Source of the DNA: Malacoraja senta
Taxonomy: Eukaryota
Reading direction: 5' to 3'
Length of the DNA: 64,000 nt
Assembly: GCA_038087875.1 (NCBI GenBank)
Contig: CM075992.1
Span: forward strand, 2,792,001-2,856,000
The position numbers and the translations under genes were made by a program. A model generated the notes under the pieces. That model was given only the letters and a program-made list of their open reading frames with translations. It was not told where the DNA came from and searched no databases. The first letter of the stretch is position 1; every line of letters begins with the position of its first letter. Below are positions 12,776 through 27,324 of the stretch, one piece after another.

Positions 12776-13219
12776 GAAACACAGGATTCCAGCATCAACA
12801 GTTCATTGTGTGTCTCTTTGTTTCATATTCTTTTGTGTTTCACCCTTTTGAATGTCTTTTAGACATCTAAATATAGCATCTACTGTTTTTTTTAATCCAC
12901 CTTGTTCATTACTTCCTCAAACACCTCCAATAAAATTGAGGAAATTTGCCGTCATGGGGAGAATGTGCAAACTCCACACAGACAGCAAAGGATTGAAACT
13001 GGGTGACTGGAACTTTGAGGCAGCAGCTCTACAAACCATTCTGTACCTCAAAGACTCTGCTTGAGTATGTCAGGATTTTCTAAATACCTTGCTTAATAAA
13101 GGATTCCTGCAGTTTCCCAATGACATATTAAGCTAACAGGCCTATAACGTTCTCCATTTTGTCTCACTCATTTCTTAAAGACGGTTTTGTGTTTACTATC
13201 TGACATGTAGCCAGTCTGC

Positions 13220-13650
13220 ATTTGGAATATTGTAAGCAGTTTTCGGCCACATACCTGAGGAAGGATATGCTGGCGTTTGAGAGGGTCCAGAGGAGGTTTA
13301 TGAGAATCATCCCAGGAATGATAGATTAGGTTAACATATGATGAGTGGTTGATGGCACTGGGCCTGTATTCGCTAGTGTTTAGAAGGATGAGGGGGGGGG
13401 GGGGGGGGAACTCATTGAAAATTACAGAATAGTGAAAGTGCTGGATGGAGAGGATATTTCCATTTGTGGGAGTGTCTTGGACCAGAGGCCATAGCCTCAG
13501 AATAAAAGGATGTTCCTTTAGAAAGGATATGAGGAGGAATTTCTTTAGTCAGAGTTTGGTGAATCTGTGGAATTCATTGCCATAGATGCTGTGGAGGCCA
13601 AGTTAATGGATATTTTAAGGTGGAGATTGACAGATTCTTGATTAGTATTT
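13220..13650 (+). mobile_element. CR1-like LINE fragment
   Basis: Decayed HLEYC/RRF/WNSLP coding remnants. Confidence 0.75.
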
Positions 13651-14269
13651 TCACTGCACCTAGTACATGTGACAAGAAAAAAACCGTGGTCCATGTACCC
13701 TGGAATTGATTACCTACATCCTAAAAGTGGCTAACATTTAGTTGATGCATCAACTGTGGTATTCTCCTTTCAATCATGGACAGTCCCAACAAATTGAAAG
13801 TTCATAAGTGTTAGGAGCAGAATTAGGCCATTCGGCCCATTAAGTCTACTCCGGCATTCAATCATGGCTGATCTTATCTTTCCTTCTCAACCACATGCTC
13901 CCATTCAACCCGTTTACCAGGTATTTTTTTAATAAAGTCTAAAAATATAAAATCTCGGAATCATTTGTTCAGTTCTCTTGGCACACTTTGTGTGAGGTTT
14001 CTCAGTTAATGCTTCATATTGGAGGTTCTCGGCTAATTAAGATTGCAAACGCTAAATCTCAACAAAGCACAACTGGCAGGAAATTTATGTATGCAACTCC
14101 TATCGCAATTAAAGAACGAAAAAATGCAGAAAGGGACAAAGAACTGCATTATTTGCAAAGCTGCACAGTCGCGCTCCAAACCCTAGTATTTGTGTGCATA
14201 TATTTTGCTCCCGCAACTACACGTTGCTCTTTGCTCCAGCCTTGCACAGTCTCTGCGACTTGTTGGTCC

Positions 14270-15100
14270 GTTCCGCCGTCAATCAAATCTGGGCCGCGGG
14301 GGAGGCGTTCCAATCGACCCGATGACGCGCCAGTCGGATGACGTCACAGATCAGCCCTCCCCCATCCCATTGGGCGAGGGGAATGCCGATCAGCGTGAGG
14401 TCGCGGGTGATTGGCTGGTGGTGATGTCGATCGGCGGCGAAGTCAGGAAGGGGGCGTATCCATGGGAGAGGGCGCCGCTGATTGGCCGGCGTTGAAGACC
14501 TCCCCTCTCCGTGTCGGCGCCCCTCAGGACCCGCCCCCACGGTGTCGGCGGCGTCGAGGCGGGAGCGTTGGGTTGGGAGCCATTGCTGCTGGCGGCGGCC
14601 GGGCCGGGCCTCTGATAGCCGAGTGAGGGAACCCCTGGGGGGAAGGTGTAAAATAAAGCGCGGGAGCAGCAGCAGCACCCAGACCCCGGTCATCTCATCT
14701 CACCTCACATCACCGCCCGGCGGAGCAGCCAAGAGAAGAGAGGCCCGATGGCGGATTTCGCGGCGGCTACTGCGGCGCCTCCGCACACCTTGGGTGCCGG
14801 CGCGGCCGGGCCCGGGGCGGGCGGCGCCTCCTTCAAAAAGCCCGACGCCTTCGCCGACGCTGTGCAGCGGGCCCGCCAGGTGAGTGGTAGGCGAGGGGAG
14901 CGGGAGCAAGATGGTGGGGAGAACGTGTGTGTGTGTGTGTGGGCGCCGGGGGGAAAAAGAACAAAAAAATGGAGGTGCGGCGTGAGGAAGAAGCCTGGAT
15001 GGCTAGGCCGCGCCTTGGGAGTGCGCTTCTCCCCAGCCCCGCCGCACACTCGCCCCCCCCGGGCCGGTGATACCCGAGAAATATTGATTTATCCAACTTC
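14270..15100 (+). promoter_or_regulatory. CpG-island promoter of KHSRP
   Basis: Dense CpG around exon 1; full CRE TGACGTCA 14339-14346; CCAAT 14310-14314; ATTGG at 14369, 14410, 14481; GC box CCGCCC at 14531; ETS-like CAGGAAG near 14444. Confidence 0.8.
14748..14879 (+). CDS. KHSRP: KH-type splicing regulatory protein (FUBP2) coding exon 1
   Basis: ATG in ccgATGG; MADFAAATAAPPHTLGAGAAGPGAGGASFKKPDAFADAVQRARQ|GTgagt; DAFADAVQRARQ is the FUBP-family N-box. Confidence 0.93.
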
Positions 15101-15395
15101 AACTCCCCCCCTCTCTCTCTCCCCCCTCCCACCCTGGTTCACCGAGCAGTTTCACTGCCCTCCTGGTTAATTTTACTCAATGTAATCCTCCTTGTCACCT
15201 TCCCCCATGGCTAACAATGAACCATTCTGCATTTCCTTCAGCAACCTCCCCTTTGATCTCCCGTTTCCACACCTCACCCCTTCCACCTCCCTCTCCCCTG
15301 ACTCTCAGTCTGAAGAAGGGTCTCGATCCCATTCCTTCTCACCAAAGATTCTGCCTGTCCCGCTGAGTTACTCCAGCTTTTTGTGTCTATCTTGG
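15100..15395 (+). mobile_element. PLE 3' tail fragment in KHSRP intron 1
   Basis: Similar to 28290-28563 (GCTAACAATGA...CTGAAGAAGGGTCTCGA...CCCGCTGAGTTACTCCAG); the GAAA of the hammerhead is deleted. Confidence 0.7.
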
Positions 15396-18300
15396 TGGGC
15401 CGGTGAAGCCGGGCTAGCGACCTTTTCCCCCCCGGCAAACAGAGCGGGAATTTTCCCTTCCCATGCGCCCATTGTTGGCCCGACAAGGCGGCCACACCGC
15501 CGGATATTGGGGTAGGTGAAGAGAAATTGTCACCTTTATGCCCTCCCTCTTTCCACCCCCCCTCCCCACACACCCACCTAACGGCCCTAAGGTGCTGAAA
15601 GTACAACGCTAGGCTTTGCATCTAGGATTTTTAAAAATATATTTATAAATTTACATTCAGGATGTTGCCTGTCCCGCTGAGTTACTCCAGCATTTTGCGC
15701 CTACGGTGTAAACCAGCATCTGCGGTTTCTTCCTACACGCTAAGCTTTGCATCGCACACTTCGTCCTTCAGCACTTCCACCGGTTAAAATTGGATTTTAT
15801 TTTCGAAAATTACGTGCAAATTTTTTTGCACTTAAAATTTGAAGTAGATCTTGCAGTAAACATCACTGGTGCTTAAATCAGCTTTGGTACTTTTTCATGT
15901 AAAATGCACTTCACCTTTGGAAATAAAAGCAGGCGATGCTAAGTATTAAAGTCTTGAATTTGGTAACTCCACCTATTGAGATTGCATTTCAGCTGCTGAG
16001 GCCACAAACTGAAATTCCACCCCAAAACTAATTTTTGATCTTGATTCCTAAACCTCAATATCTAAGGTCTTGATCAATTGTCCTAAAACTCTCTCTGGTG
16101 CTGTTGGCTTTATTTTGTTAGAATTTGCAGTGGTGACGTTCCTACGGAATGATTTTGGCGACTTCAAGGGGCAATATAAATGAAATTTTCTTTCCAAACT
16201 TCAGGTAACATCCACAGTTAGACGTACAAGAGATAATGTTTCAGCCAGATGACCTTTTGATAATTTGTGTACTAATGAATGGTCATTGACCCAAAATGTT
16301 AATTATTTTTCACTCTTTATATTCTGCGTGGTCAGTTTAATATTTCCTGACTTTCTGCTATTTTACTTCATATTTCCAGCATGTGTAGAACTTTGCTATG
16401 ACATATGGCGACATGAAAGACTGCAGATGCAGGAAACCTGATCAAAAATAGAAACTGCTCAATGAACTCTGCATATGTGGATGGAAATTGGCAGCCAAAG
16501 CTTTATGTTTGAACCCTTCTTCGGAATAGATGTCTATTCAATTAGAACGGGTCTTTCAAATCCGAATCGTTGTCATTCCATATTCAAAATATATTCAATT
16601 TCTCCAAGAGTGCAACTGAAAAGGTGGTTTTGAGCTACTCGGGAGGAGAGGAGCATTTGAAGGAGGAGATTCTGTGTTTTGGATCCTTGGTTAATCATCA
16701 TTTCAGCTGAAATATGTCTGTTTTATTGGTTGCTGTTTGACAGAAACCATGAGACACTGTTATATTTCTAGCTTTTCCTTTTGCAGATTTGGGGTGCTTG
16801 TAATACCTGAAATTGGGTTTTTCACTCATGGGACATTGAAAATTTTTTGAATTAAATTCGGTGATGATGATTTGGATTTGAGAAGCCCATTTCTATTTGA
16901 ATAGATTTTCTAATTTGACAGCCACCTCTTTTGGGATTGAGATGGAAAGCCTTTTGAGATTAGCCCAAGTTTTTGTGCTTTCCCCCCCTTCCTATTAGGT
17001 ATTTTTCATTTGTTTTAGAAACATAGAGTAGGCCTTTAGGTCCTTCGGGCCAGCACTGCCATTCAATATGAACATGGCTGATCATCCAAAATCAGTACCC
17101 TGTACCCGCTTTCTCCCCATCTCCCTTGATTCCATTAGCCATAAGAGCTATATCTCTAACTCTTGAATACATCTTGGAAGAAAAACTCTTTTAGCCAAGT
17201 TGTATCATGTGCTAAATATAATTTCCTCAAACCCTGCAGTAAATTCTTGATTTATGTACAATTTATGGAGGTGAGTATTTGTGCAGTTAGTGAAATCTTC
17301 TGAACATTGAAGGAATTGTTTCTTGGGATGAGCAAGAAATTACTCTTTTATTTGACCTTTTGGAATTCTTCAGCATGCAATCATGCACTTCTGTTCCAAT
17401 CTATCTTTTGACTATCCTAATTCTTTCCATTGGTGAAGTCCAATTTAACAGCCTCGTGCTGATCATGCATCAGGCAATGTTTGGTACATTATTTTGAGAT
17501 AGATTTGAGTTCAATAGCAGCATGTCCTGAAACAACAGTCCAAGTGTTGCACCAAAAATGACATGTTTATGAACATTTTGAATTCTTCACTTAAAATGAA
17601 AATTTTTTAGTAGTTGTAAAATAGCATAAATTGATTTTCATGGTGAGTAGTAGGAAGAACTTGCTTTGAAATGATTGTACCACAGTATTTTTGCCACAGA
17701 AGAATGATGATGGCTGGTGATTTTGTTATTGCTGATGGGGAGATGTCTTGTGTCATAAGAGGGAGAAAGGTACTTCTCACAAAGTGGCTGCTGACTGGAA
17801 GGTGGCCTCTGTTTGACTGCGCATCTGCAAATTGTGCAGTGAATCTTGAGAGTCAAGATTTATTAACAAGTAGAAATAACTGCAAATGCAGTGAGGCTTT
17901 CATGGCTTTTGATCACACCACTAACCCTACTCTACATCACCCAAATGTTGTCATCTAAAATTTACATTGAGACAATTTGACAAATATTGGTGTCTTTGCT
18001 GCATTTGTCATTGTAGAAACTGCAAGTAAATGCTTTGCACTTTGATCTGAATAGAGTTCAATTCTGTTGCTGCTCAACATTTAATGCTGCTACTAAATGC
18101 CATTCAGCACTGGAATTCAGAGCATTTCCTCACCCCACTATTTAACTTGGATGTGAGGTCTGTAATATCTTCACTGGCCGGTGTAATATTTTCCCTAAAA
18201 CTAAATGACAATGGTCGCGTCTGTCTTACCTTGAGAAACATTTTGACGGATATACATTATCTGTTGATCGATGATACATTTATGTAATGAATTGAGCCAG

Positions 18301-21300
18301 AATCCATAACTTATGTCCTGTAATTTGCCCACGGATACCTTGGCAGAGCCTGGCTCTGTTTGCAACTGATGGGTGCTTGACGAGGAGAAGTGAGAGAATT
18401 TCGTTTCAGTAGCTGTTTATTGTTTTCTCACTTTGTCCCTAACTAGGAATGCTGAAGACCTTTGTGTTGTTGCTGCTGCGGCTGCTGACTAAACTGAAGT
18501 TCCTCGTCATTTATTTTTATGGCATAAACCCAAACCTACGGAGTCATTGATGAAGAGTAAAAGAGGTTTATAAGCATTTCTGGATGCAAATTGTCTCTTT
18601 GTATTGTCTGTCTTATTGCTTATTAAATTCCTTTTAGTGTTGAGCTGATGTGGGATATCCAGACAAGAATGAAAGTTTGGAGAATCATCTTCCAATTCAG
18701 CAATATTTTAGTCTATTGATCAACATAGAGTGGCGTGCTGTTAATACAGCTGATTGCTTCTTATCAACTCCAAAAAAGTTGATTGACTGTTTTTCCTGAA
18801 GCTCCTTGTCCAATGCCTGTGTCTTATTGGAGCATGGTGCCAATGTGCTGCAATACATAGTTTTTATTGTTCTTAAATGAAGATATGGGACAAGATTGGC
18901 AAATAGACATGAATGCCAAATTCATTTTGTTACATGGATCTCCCATAACCCTATTTACCCAATCTGACAATACAAGATGACTTTCTCCTCACTTTCTTCC
19001 CCATCCCCTTACTGTCACCATGTCTGCTCCAGCATGTAGATTGATCCGTGTTTCCGTCATTTATTCTTGGCCTGTTCTTCCTCTGAAGTTAAATGCACTG
19101 CTTGATCTGTGGGTGGAAGGACCCTGGGTTCATGTTCCCAAGGTGAATATTTAGTAATTCAACTACTAAGCATCATATGAGCAGGTTTCTGAGTTATCTG
19201 CATTCTTTTCAGTTGTTGCTGCTGTTGTGACTAATAAGCTTTTGTGATATCCCCTTGTCCTCTGCAGTTTTTATCAATGAGGTGATCAGATAAGTGGTGC
19301 TCAATCAGGTAACATTGGAACTGTACTTTGGTGCCAGCACTTCCCTTTTAAATCTGTGTTGACAGTAGTTTAGGGCATAATGGTTATATTATTGGAATGG
19401 CAATCCCGTATTAGATGCCTGCTAAAAACTATTATTCACAAATATCCTGTCAAGAATTCTATTGCCCTTAGATGTCTGCACAAATGTTTGGGGGCAATTG
19501 GGAGACAGTGGACGAAAACACAAAGTGTTGGAAATGCTCAGCTTATCAGGAAAGATAAATACATAATGTTTCATGTAGGACAATGTTCCCAGTTCTGATG
19601 AAAAGATCATAGTTATAGAATCATAGAGCTACGCAGCTTAGAAATTGGCCCTTTAGTCCCAACTTGATCATGCCAACAAAGTTGACTTTCTGGGCTGGTT
19701 CCATTTGACCCATATCCCTCAACCTTTCCTATCTGTGCATCTGACCAAATGTCATTTGAAAGTCGTAATTATTTAATTTTCCATAACTAGCTGGCAGTGT
19801 ATTCCAAATACAGACTACCCTCTGAGTGACAACATCCCCTGACGTCCCATTTAAATCTCTCCCATGCCACCGTATGCCTTCATGCTCTCATGCTGTATAA
19901 TCTTCTACCCTGGGGGAAAAGACTGTTCACTTTATTCATGTCCTGCATGATTTTGTATTGTTCAACAAGGTCACTCTCCAAAGAAGTAAGTTCCAGCCTC
20001 CCCTTAGAATTCATTGACCGTAAATGTTAATGCTGTTCCACATTTGTTGTGTGACGTGCTAAATGTTTCCAGCATTTTATGTCTGATTTTCAGCACAAGC
20101 AGTTACATCGGCTACCGTAGATGGCTTACACGGAGACATGACACAGTTATCTAATAATCTATAACAACCTACAAAGTACGTCATGGGAGTGTGAGAAGTA
20201 AAGATTTGGGATGACTTTATACAACTATTTGATGAGAATGAAGGAAAGCATAATTGGTAACTCCATAGAAATGTGGGAGAATGGCATTGGGGTAGAATTG
20301 TTATCTTAGTCCTACTTTATAGATTTTTCAGACTTTTACTTTAACATTTTAGTTGTACTATTTTATAATTTCTGATGTTATTTTGTCAGTTGACATCTAT
20401 ATTACTGGTACAAAGTGCACCCACATTTTCTTTTTCTCTTGAGCTCTGGAGGTTGTATAGAGAGTAGCTTTAACAAATGCTCTCCTTGCCGGTTTGTTTC
20501 TGTGGGAGTGAAACCATTTGGCAGTAAGCATATGAGGAGTTAAGCATGTGAATCTGCATTGCAGGCTGCTGCCACAGCTGTAGGTACTTCTGCACTTTAT
20601 CGTTCAATAAAAATGTGGTTTTATTCGTTAATGGGACAATTAAGTTAAAATTAAAAAATCAAGTAGGTGGACTATTCCTGATAAGACAGGACTATGTGCC
20701 AAGTAGTGAAGTTGTCTTTCCTCCCAAATAAAAAGATTATATTCCCCTTGGAAACGTGATTGGATTGGAATAAGTAGGAGCATGGGCCCACTTTGATTTT
20801 TGTGAAGTCTTGTTCAACTGGTTAAAACAATCCAGGGTGTGAGATGGGATAACAAATCAGCATTATTGTTGGTGCTGGTGCATTTGTCATGAAGAAATGA
20901 CCCAGTGGCTGTTTGAAAAGCAAAAAAAAAAACAGCAGGTGCTGTGATAAAGTCAAGAAACATTGAACATTCTCAGCAGGTTAGCCAACTGCTCTAGAGA
21001 GAAACGGTAATATTTTGGTATTGTGACCCTTAATCAAGATAGGGAAAGTTAAATCAAATGCATTTGACGAGAAAATGGAGAGAACATATGGAACATCAGT
21101 GATAGGCTAAGTAATGAGTGCCACAAAGTTGTAAGAGGATGGGTGAAATTATGTGGGAAAGGGATTCATAACAATGTAGGTACTGCTAATCTGAAATGAA
21201 AGCATATACTGGTAATAGGTGGCACTTGCTAGGGAGAGAGAAATATTAAACTTCCCATTTCTTCAGAATTCTTTAGATCTGCAGATTAAGAGCACAGGCA

Positions 21301-22169
21301 GTAGAAATCTTGGGGTCATCCTGTCGTACTGAATGATCATGTTACACAAAATGGTCTCCCAATCTTCGTTCCCCCCCCCCCCCCCCCCAGTGCTGTGAAG
21401 ACCACATCATTCACGTTAGAAGTAGTACTAGTGATATCTTCACCTGGTATGTGGATTTGGGCTCTTGTATGTTGGGAGCAGGCAAAATGAGGCATTGAAA
21501 TTTTCACTGCATGGAAAGGTTTTATGAGTTTTGGGGAATGAGAATTGGAGTGTGGAGTGAAGTCCATTTGGCATACTGGAAAAGGATGATGTATCTGGTG
21601 TTAGAAGTGTGTTTAGTTGTCCTATGCAATGGGGCAATAAATATGTTACTGCAGTTTTACAAGTACATTTGACACAATCATATAATAAGCAATAAATTAT
21701 TAGTTATTCTAAATTATGGTACTTGGAGCAACCATAGTAGTGCAAAGTAGTGGCTTGGTCCTGAGGCAGGATTTTGTGAGATGGTTCAAGAACCTGGTGG
21801 TTAATTGGAGGAAGTTATTCTTGAACTTGGAGGTAATGTCTCTCAGACTTCTGTACCACATTTCCAATGATAGCAGCGAGAAGAGAGTGTTGTGGTGTCT
21901 TTAAACTTGAGGCAACAGTTCCTGTAGATCCTATTGATAATGGGGAGGTAGTACCTGTACTTGATTTAAATTTCCAATGCAGCCACAATGCAACCAGCCA
22001 GTCTACTCTCCATACACTTTTTTAAGTATTTGTTAGAATACTCTGTGGATGAGAAAAGTTGGCAAAATCCGTGGTGAAAACTGTAACACATAGTGTTTAA
22101 TGCAGGCGCTGCATACCAGTGATGGTGCGAATTAATATTTAGGGTGCATGAAGGGTTGACAACAAAGTA

Positions 22170-23152
22170 GGCTACTTGTATTGTTTGTATTAATGATCTG
22201 GATGAGGGAATTGAAGGCAATATCTCCAAGTTTGCGGATGACACTAAGCTGGGGGGCAGTGTTAGCTGTGAGGAGGATGCTAGGAGACTGCAAGGTGACT
22301 TGGATAGGCTGGGTGAGTGGGCAAATGTTTGGCAGATGCAGTATAATGTGGATAAATGTGAGGTTATCCATTTTGGTGGCAAAAACAGGAAAGCAGACTA
22401 TTATCTAAATGGTGGCCGACTAGGAAAAGGGGAGATGCAGCGAGACCTGGGTGTCATGGTACACCAGTCATTGAAAGTAGGCATGCAGGTGCAGCAGGCA
22501 GTGAAGAAAGCGAATGGTATGTTAGCTTTCATAGCAAAAGGATTTGAGTATAGGAGCAGGGAGGTTCTACTGCAGTTGTACAGGGTCTTGGTGAGACCAC
22601 ACCTGGAGTATTGCGTACAGTTTTGGTCTCCAAATCTGAGGAAGGACATTATTGCCATAGAGGGAGTGCAGAGAAGGTTCACCAGACTGGGATGTCAGGA
22701 CTGTCTTATGAAGAAAGACTGGATAGACTTGGTTTATACTCTCTAGAATTTAGGAGATTGAGAGGGGATCTTATAGAAACTTACAAAATTCTTAAGGGGT
22801 TGGACAGGCTAGATGCAGGAAGATTGCTCCCGATGTTGGGGAAGTCCAGGACAAGGGGTCACAGCTTAAGGATAAGGGGGAAATCCTTTAAAACTGAGAT
22901 GAGAAGAACTTTTTTCACACAGAGAGTGGTGAATCTCTGGAACTCTCTGCTACAGAGGGTAGTCGAGGCCAGTTCATCGGCTATATTTAAGAGGGAGTTA
23001 GATGTGGCCCTTGTGGCTAAAGCGATCAGAGGGTATGGAGAGAAGGCAGGTACGGGATACTGAGTTGGATGATCAGCCATGATCATATTGAATGGCGGTG
23101 CAGGCTCGAAGGGCCGAATGGCCTCCTGCACCTAATTTCTATGTTTCTATGT
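22170..23152 (+). mobile_element. CR1-like LINE, about 1 kb 3' fragment including RT motifs
   Basis: INDLDEGIEGNISKFADDTKLGG...WQMQYNVDKCEVIHFG...RPHLEYCVQFWSP; frameshift near 22690; (TTTCTATG)n tail. Confidence 0.92.
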
Positions 23153-23492
23153 ATGGTATTGAGCTGCTTCTGTTGAAGCTGCACATCCAGACAAGTGGAG
23201 TCACTCCACTATAGATGTGGTCATAGTGGATAGGTCTGGGGTGTCAGGAGTGAGCCATTTGCTGCAGGATAACCATCTGATGGTAGGTTGAATATGTGAT
23301 GATGGCGATGGTAATGCAGGTAAATATGACGAGTAAGTTTCCAGACGCGTGAATTGAAGGTAGTCATTGCTTGACCCTTAGAACAGCCAGTTAAATTCTG
23401 CTAGCCCTTGCTGTCTCCTCCCCTCCCCCAGCCCTCGGGCTCCTCCTCCGCCTTTTTCCTTTTTTCCTTTCTTCTCCCCACCCCCTATCAGT

Positions 23493-23520
23493 CTGAAGAA
23501 GGGTTTCGGCCCGAAACGTT
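23493..23520 (+). ncRNA. Minimal hammerhead motif with UUCG-capped stem II
   Basis: CTGAAGA-A-GGGT(TTCG)GCCC-GAAA-CGTT; within PLE tail 23395-23587 flanked by 8-bp repeat CCAGTTAA. Confidence 0.6.
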
Positions 23521-23985
23521 ACCTATTTCCTTCGCTCCATAGATGCTGCTGCACCCGCTGAGTTTCTCCAGCATTTTTGTGTACCTTCCAGTTAATAACA
23601 TATGTTGAGTAAACTCGCAGAACGATTAATGTGTTCTCATTTTTACACATTTTGAGTATTGAGGCAATAGTTCGTTGTTCCTTAAATTTTTGGCAGATTT
23701 CTCATTGCGTGCATTTATTGGATTAATATATTTATTTGGTCCAGAATTAGGTGATGTTCATTGTGAGTGAATGTTAATAAAATCTTAAGATTTTCTTCAT
23801 TCCTAAAAGTATACCTGTCTGGCACAGGTTGCTTTGCAGCTGACCCTGCAGAGATAATATTTTTCTTACTAACCTTAGATTGTTGGTCCACGAGTGACCC
23901 ATCATTCATGATAAATGTGGATGATAACATAAGCTTTACTTGAATGTTTTGGTTGTACACTTATCCCCGTTAACCATCATTATTA

Positions 23986-24278
23986 TGGGGCTGTCCCACT
24001 GTACAAGCTAATTCAAGAGTTCTCCCGTGTTTCCCCTGATTCGAACTCGGAGAATTACGGTAATAGCCGCTCGTAGGTACTCGGGGCTCTCGTGGACATT
24101 TTTCAACATGTTGAAAAATCTTCACGAGTCTTCCCGAGCTTACCTCGTTTCCCGAGTACGCTACGAGCCGCCAAGAGACGTCCCGAGCTCCGACGTACAT
24201 TCTACGTGCTTCCACGAGTTTGATTTTTTTAAAACTCGGGAGAGCTCTTGAATTAGCTCATACAGTGGGACAGCCCCA
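23986..24278. mobile_element. PIF/Harbinger-like MITE
   Basis: About 41-bp TIRs GGGGCTGTCCCACTGTA...; flanks TTA/TCA; internal palindrome TTTTCAACATGTTGAAAA. Confidence 0.8.
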
Positions 24279-26572
24279 TCACTAGCATTGTGTTGCAGAC
24301 TCACTTGAGTCTCCTAAGATTAAAGGGCCTGTCCCACTTGGGCGTCATTTACGCGACATCATTTACGCAGCAGGACGCGCGCGTCACGACACTTCATGGA
24401 TACGCATAATATAATTCAGTCCATAATTTCCAAAGGCCAGCTTGTTGATAGAGCTGCTGCCTCAGCGCTAGAGACCCAGGTTTGATCCTGCCCATGGGTG
24501 CTGCCTCTGTTGATTTTGTAGCTTCTCCCTTTTACCGCATGGATTCCCTAGGTGCTCTAGTTCCTCCTCCTCACAGAGAAGTGTGGGTCAATCGTTCTTT
24601 GTAAAATTGACCCTAATGTGTATAAACGGATCAGAAAGTGGGATACGATAGAGTGAGTATGAATGGGCCTAAGGACCTATTTTCACGTTCTGTCTCTAAT
24701 CTAAAAACTAAAGGTATATGAGAACTGTGGGCTGATTATCCTTTGCTTTGGTTGCAAGTCCTTTGTTGTTGGTCTTGACCTAGATTTAGTCACAGAAATG
24801 TGGGAAGATTGAAGGGGTTTTACAGGCTAAGCATCTGTAGGTTTTCTCATTCTCGCCATATGGACATTTGCTGTACTGAAATAAGGTCAGAACATGACAT
24901 GTTCAACAGCTCAAATATAGAAAATGTGTTTTAAATATGAGAATATTGACCAGATTGAGGTACAATATAAAACTATCAGCCAAGATGCCATGATTTAACT
25001 TTCAAAATAAAATCGTACACTTTTGAAATCTGAAGATGTTTTGAATGCAGCTTAGACATCACCCATTAACTGATTGCTTGGTTGAATGGCTGTGTATTGG
25101 AAAAAATGAGATGGAATGAGGGAGTTTAACAGAACTAGTGCATCAATCCAAGCAGATGGGGAGATTCATTTTAAGGCCATGTACTAGTTGAAGCTATTAT
25201 CTCAATGTTTTTTTTGTTTTCACAGCTTCCTTCACAGCAAATTTCTATCTTGTCTGTGTGATTGCGGCGAGAGATAAATCAGAAAATGTGCGTTTCTTGC
25301 ATATACGATGGGTTGTTTAGTTGGCCAGAAATTGACCAAACTTCTATCCAAATCGGTTCAAGGCTGGTAACTTGGAACCCGTTCTATTCTGTTACCTTGA
25401 AGGAGGGAAAGAATTTCGATGTCAGCCCTGTCAGTACTATCCTTAAAAATCTATTTTTGTTGGTTGGGTGCTGATGCTTGTTCAGTTGTAGTCCTTGTTG
25501 ACGTTTGATGCCGCAGGTACAAATCTTCGTAGGATTTTTGGTCAAGTTTGGTACCATTGGTGTTGGGGCTGTCTGGATTATAGAACATGTCTGGTAAATG
25601 GATATTTGGCATTGTCCAGGTGAGATGATAGCTGTGTTAGTAAGACATAAAATATTGTATAACAGGCATTGAATGCCATCTAATGCAAGCAACTATTATA
25701 TTTTGTGTGATCCTGCAGTGTGAATGTTCAAACCCGAGATGTGTTATTGCTTCAGCAGATGTTCTTGCACATTCATTTTTAGCAATTGGTATAGATCTGG
25801 GAAGTGAAAAGGAAAGGGAAACAATTTCTCTGCTTCAGTTCTGCTGGCAGAAACTGTTACATGATGCATCTTTTGTGCCAGCATCAGGTTTGGGAAATGA
25901 TAGGAAGTACTTATCTTCACCGTTGCCTTCGCATTCAATTCCTGTTGCATTATATTAGTGTCATCCCAGCTTGAAAACTCTGTCGATGTGCACTGACCAT
26001 GTTTGTGTTTGGTACATGCTTTATCACTTATCCCATAGGATTATTTAGCATTGCTTTTCTTTGAATTTTGTGCGAGTAAGTACCGTGGAAAAGTTGCTGT
26101 TTGCTCATGGGCAGCACTCGTTAATTTTTTAATATTCACGACTTAAAGTGAGAAGAAGTTGCTTTGAAACGTTTCTGGTTATGTTTAGCATCTCAACATA
26201 TTAAGGGCTGATGTTTTTTGCAGTTACCTCGTATGGTTGCCATGTAAATGATATACCTAATGGAATAATTAAGGACTCAGGAAGGTGGATTTAATTAGGG
26301 TTATATGTCTAATTTTAGTGCAGTACACATTTGCAACTTTTCAACCCATTTTTTCTGAAGTAGTTTTTTTTTGTGATTATGCGATCAGTTTCTTCTGGTC
26401 CTAGTTGGAGAGGGTGAGGCTAAGGTTCCTGCAGGTGGCAGGTTTTATCCATGTGGTTTAAAGCAGAACTGCCTGACTGGAGAACGCTGCGCCTCAGTTC
26501 CAAGTGTTTTGAGCTTCCAGCAAATGGTACTTTTCCCTGAATGACTGACTGTGACTTTTAATGAATCTGCAG

Positions 26573-26669
26573 ATAGCTGCTAAAATTGGAGGTGACACTG
26601 CCACAACGGTAAACCACAGCACACCAGAATTTGGATTTGTTGGTCAAAAGAGACAACTGGAAGATGGAG
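26573..26669 (+). CDS. KHSRP: KHSRP exon 2
   Basis: ctgcAG|ATAGCT...ATGGAG|GTaaga, 97 nt; [32 protein letters not shown]. Confidence 0.93.
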
Positions 26670-27324
26670 GTAAGACTTTCTCTTGACACTGACATCTCCA
26701 AACTATGATAGTTGTCTAGCTACACAGTGTTGCAGCTCACGTTGTTTATTTCTGTAATACCCCGGTAGAGAAGCACTCACACAGCGAATCAGTAGGGCCA
26801 AAAGGGGCCATAACATATCATTGACATGTCGTGTTAAGGAAATCCAAAGGCATTTTACACCTGTTTAATAAATGGGTTTGTTAGGGAGAGGGTAGGATCA
26901 CTTTAGGACAAAGAAGGACATTTATGACAGGAACCAGAAGAAGTAAGCAAAGTACAAAAGTACTTTGCATTAGTATTCATCAAAAAGTTGCAGTGAGATC
27001 AATGTGGGGTATGCTTTTATGCCAGGGCATTTTGTGATTTAATGTAATGGTATTGGGTCTCGTGAAGAGCCTGAAGGCGGGTAAGTCTCCAAGTCCTGAT
27101 GAAATCCATCTTGGGTTATTGAGAGTCATGGGAAGATTAAGGCTTTGACAAAGATCTTGTTATCCTCGTGTTTAAGAAGAGTGATAGGGATAATCCAGGA
27201 AATTGGCTGCCAGAAAGCCATGCATCATTTGTAGGGAACTTAATGGAGGAGGGTATTTGCGGAAAGGATTTAACACACATTTGGAAAAGCATGGGCTTAT
27301 TAGGGATAGTCAGCATGGCTTTGT

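Noticed and set aside
14190..15170. Many overlapping ORFs around KHSRP exon 1, suggesting a divergent gene
   Set aside because: Expected in a stop-poor CpG island; only the KHSRP frame has homology.
25205..25620. Strong-looking acceptor (T-rich CACAG) in KHSRP intron 1 as a possible poison exon
   Set aside because: No unambiguous donor or conservation evidence; T-rich introns produce such sites by chance.
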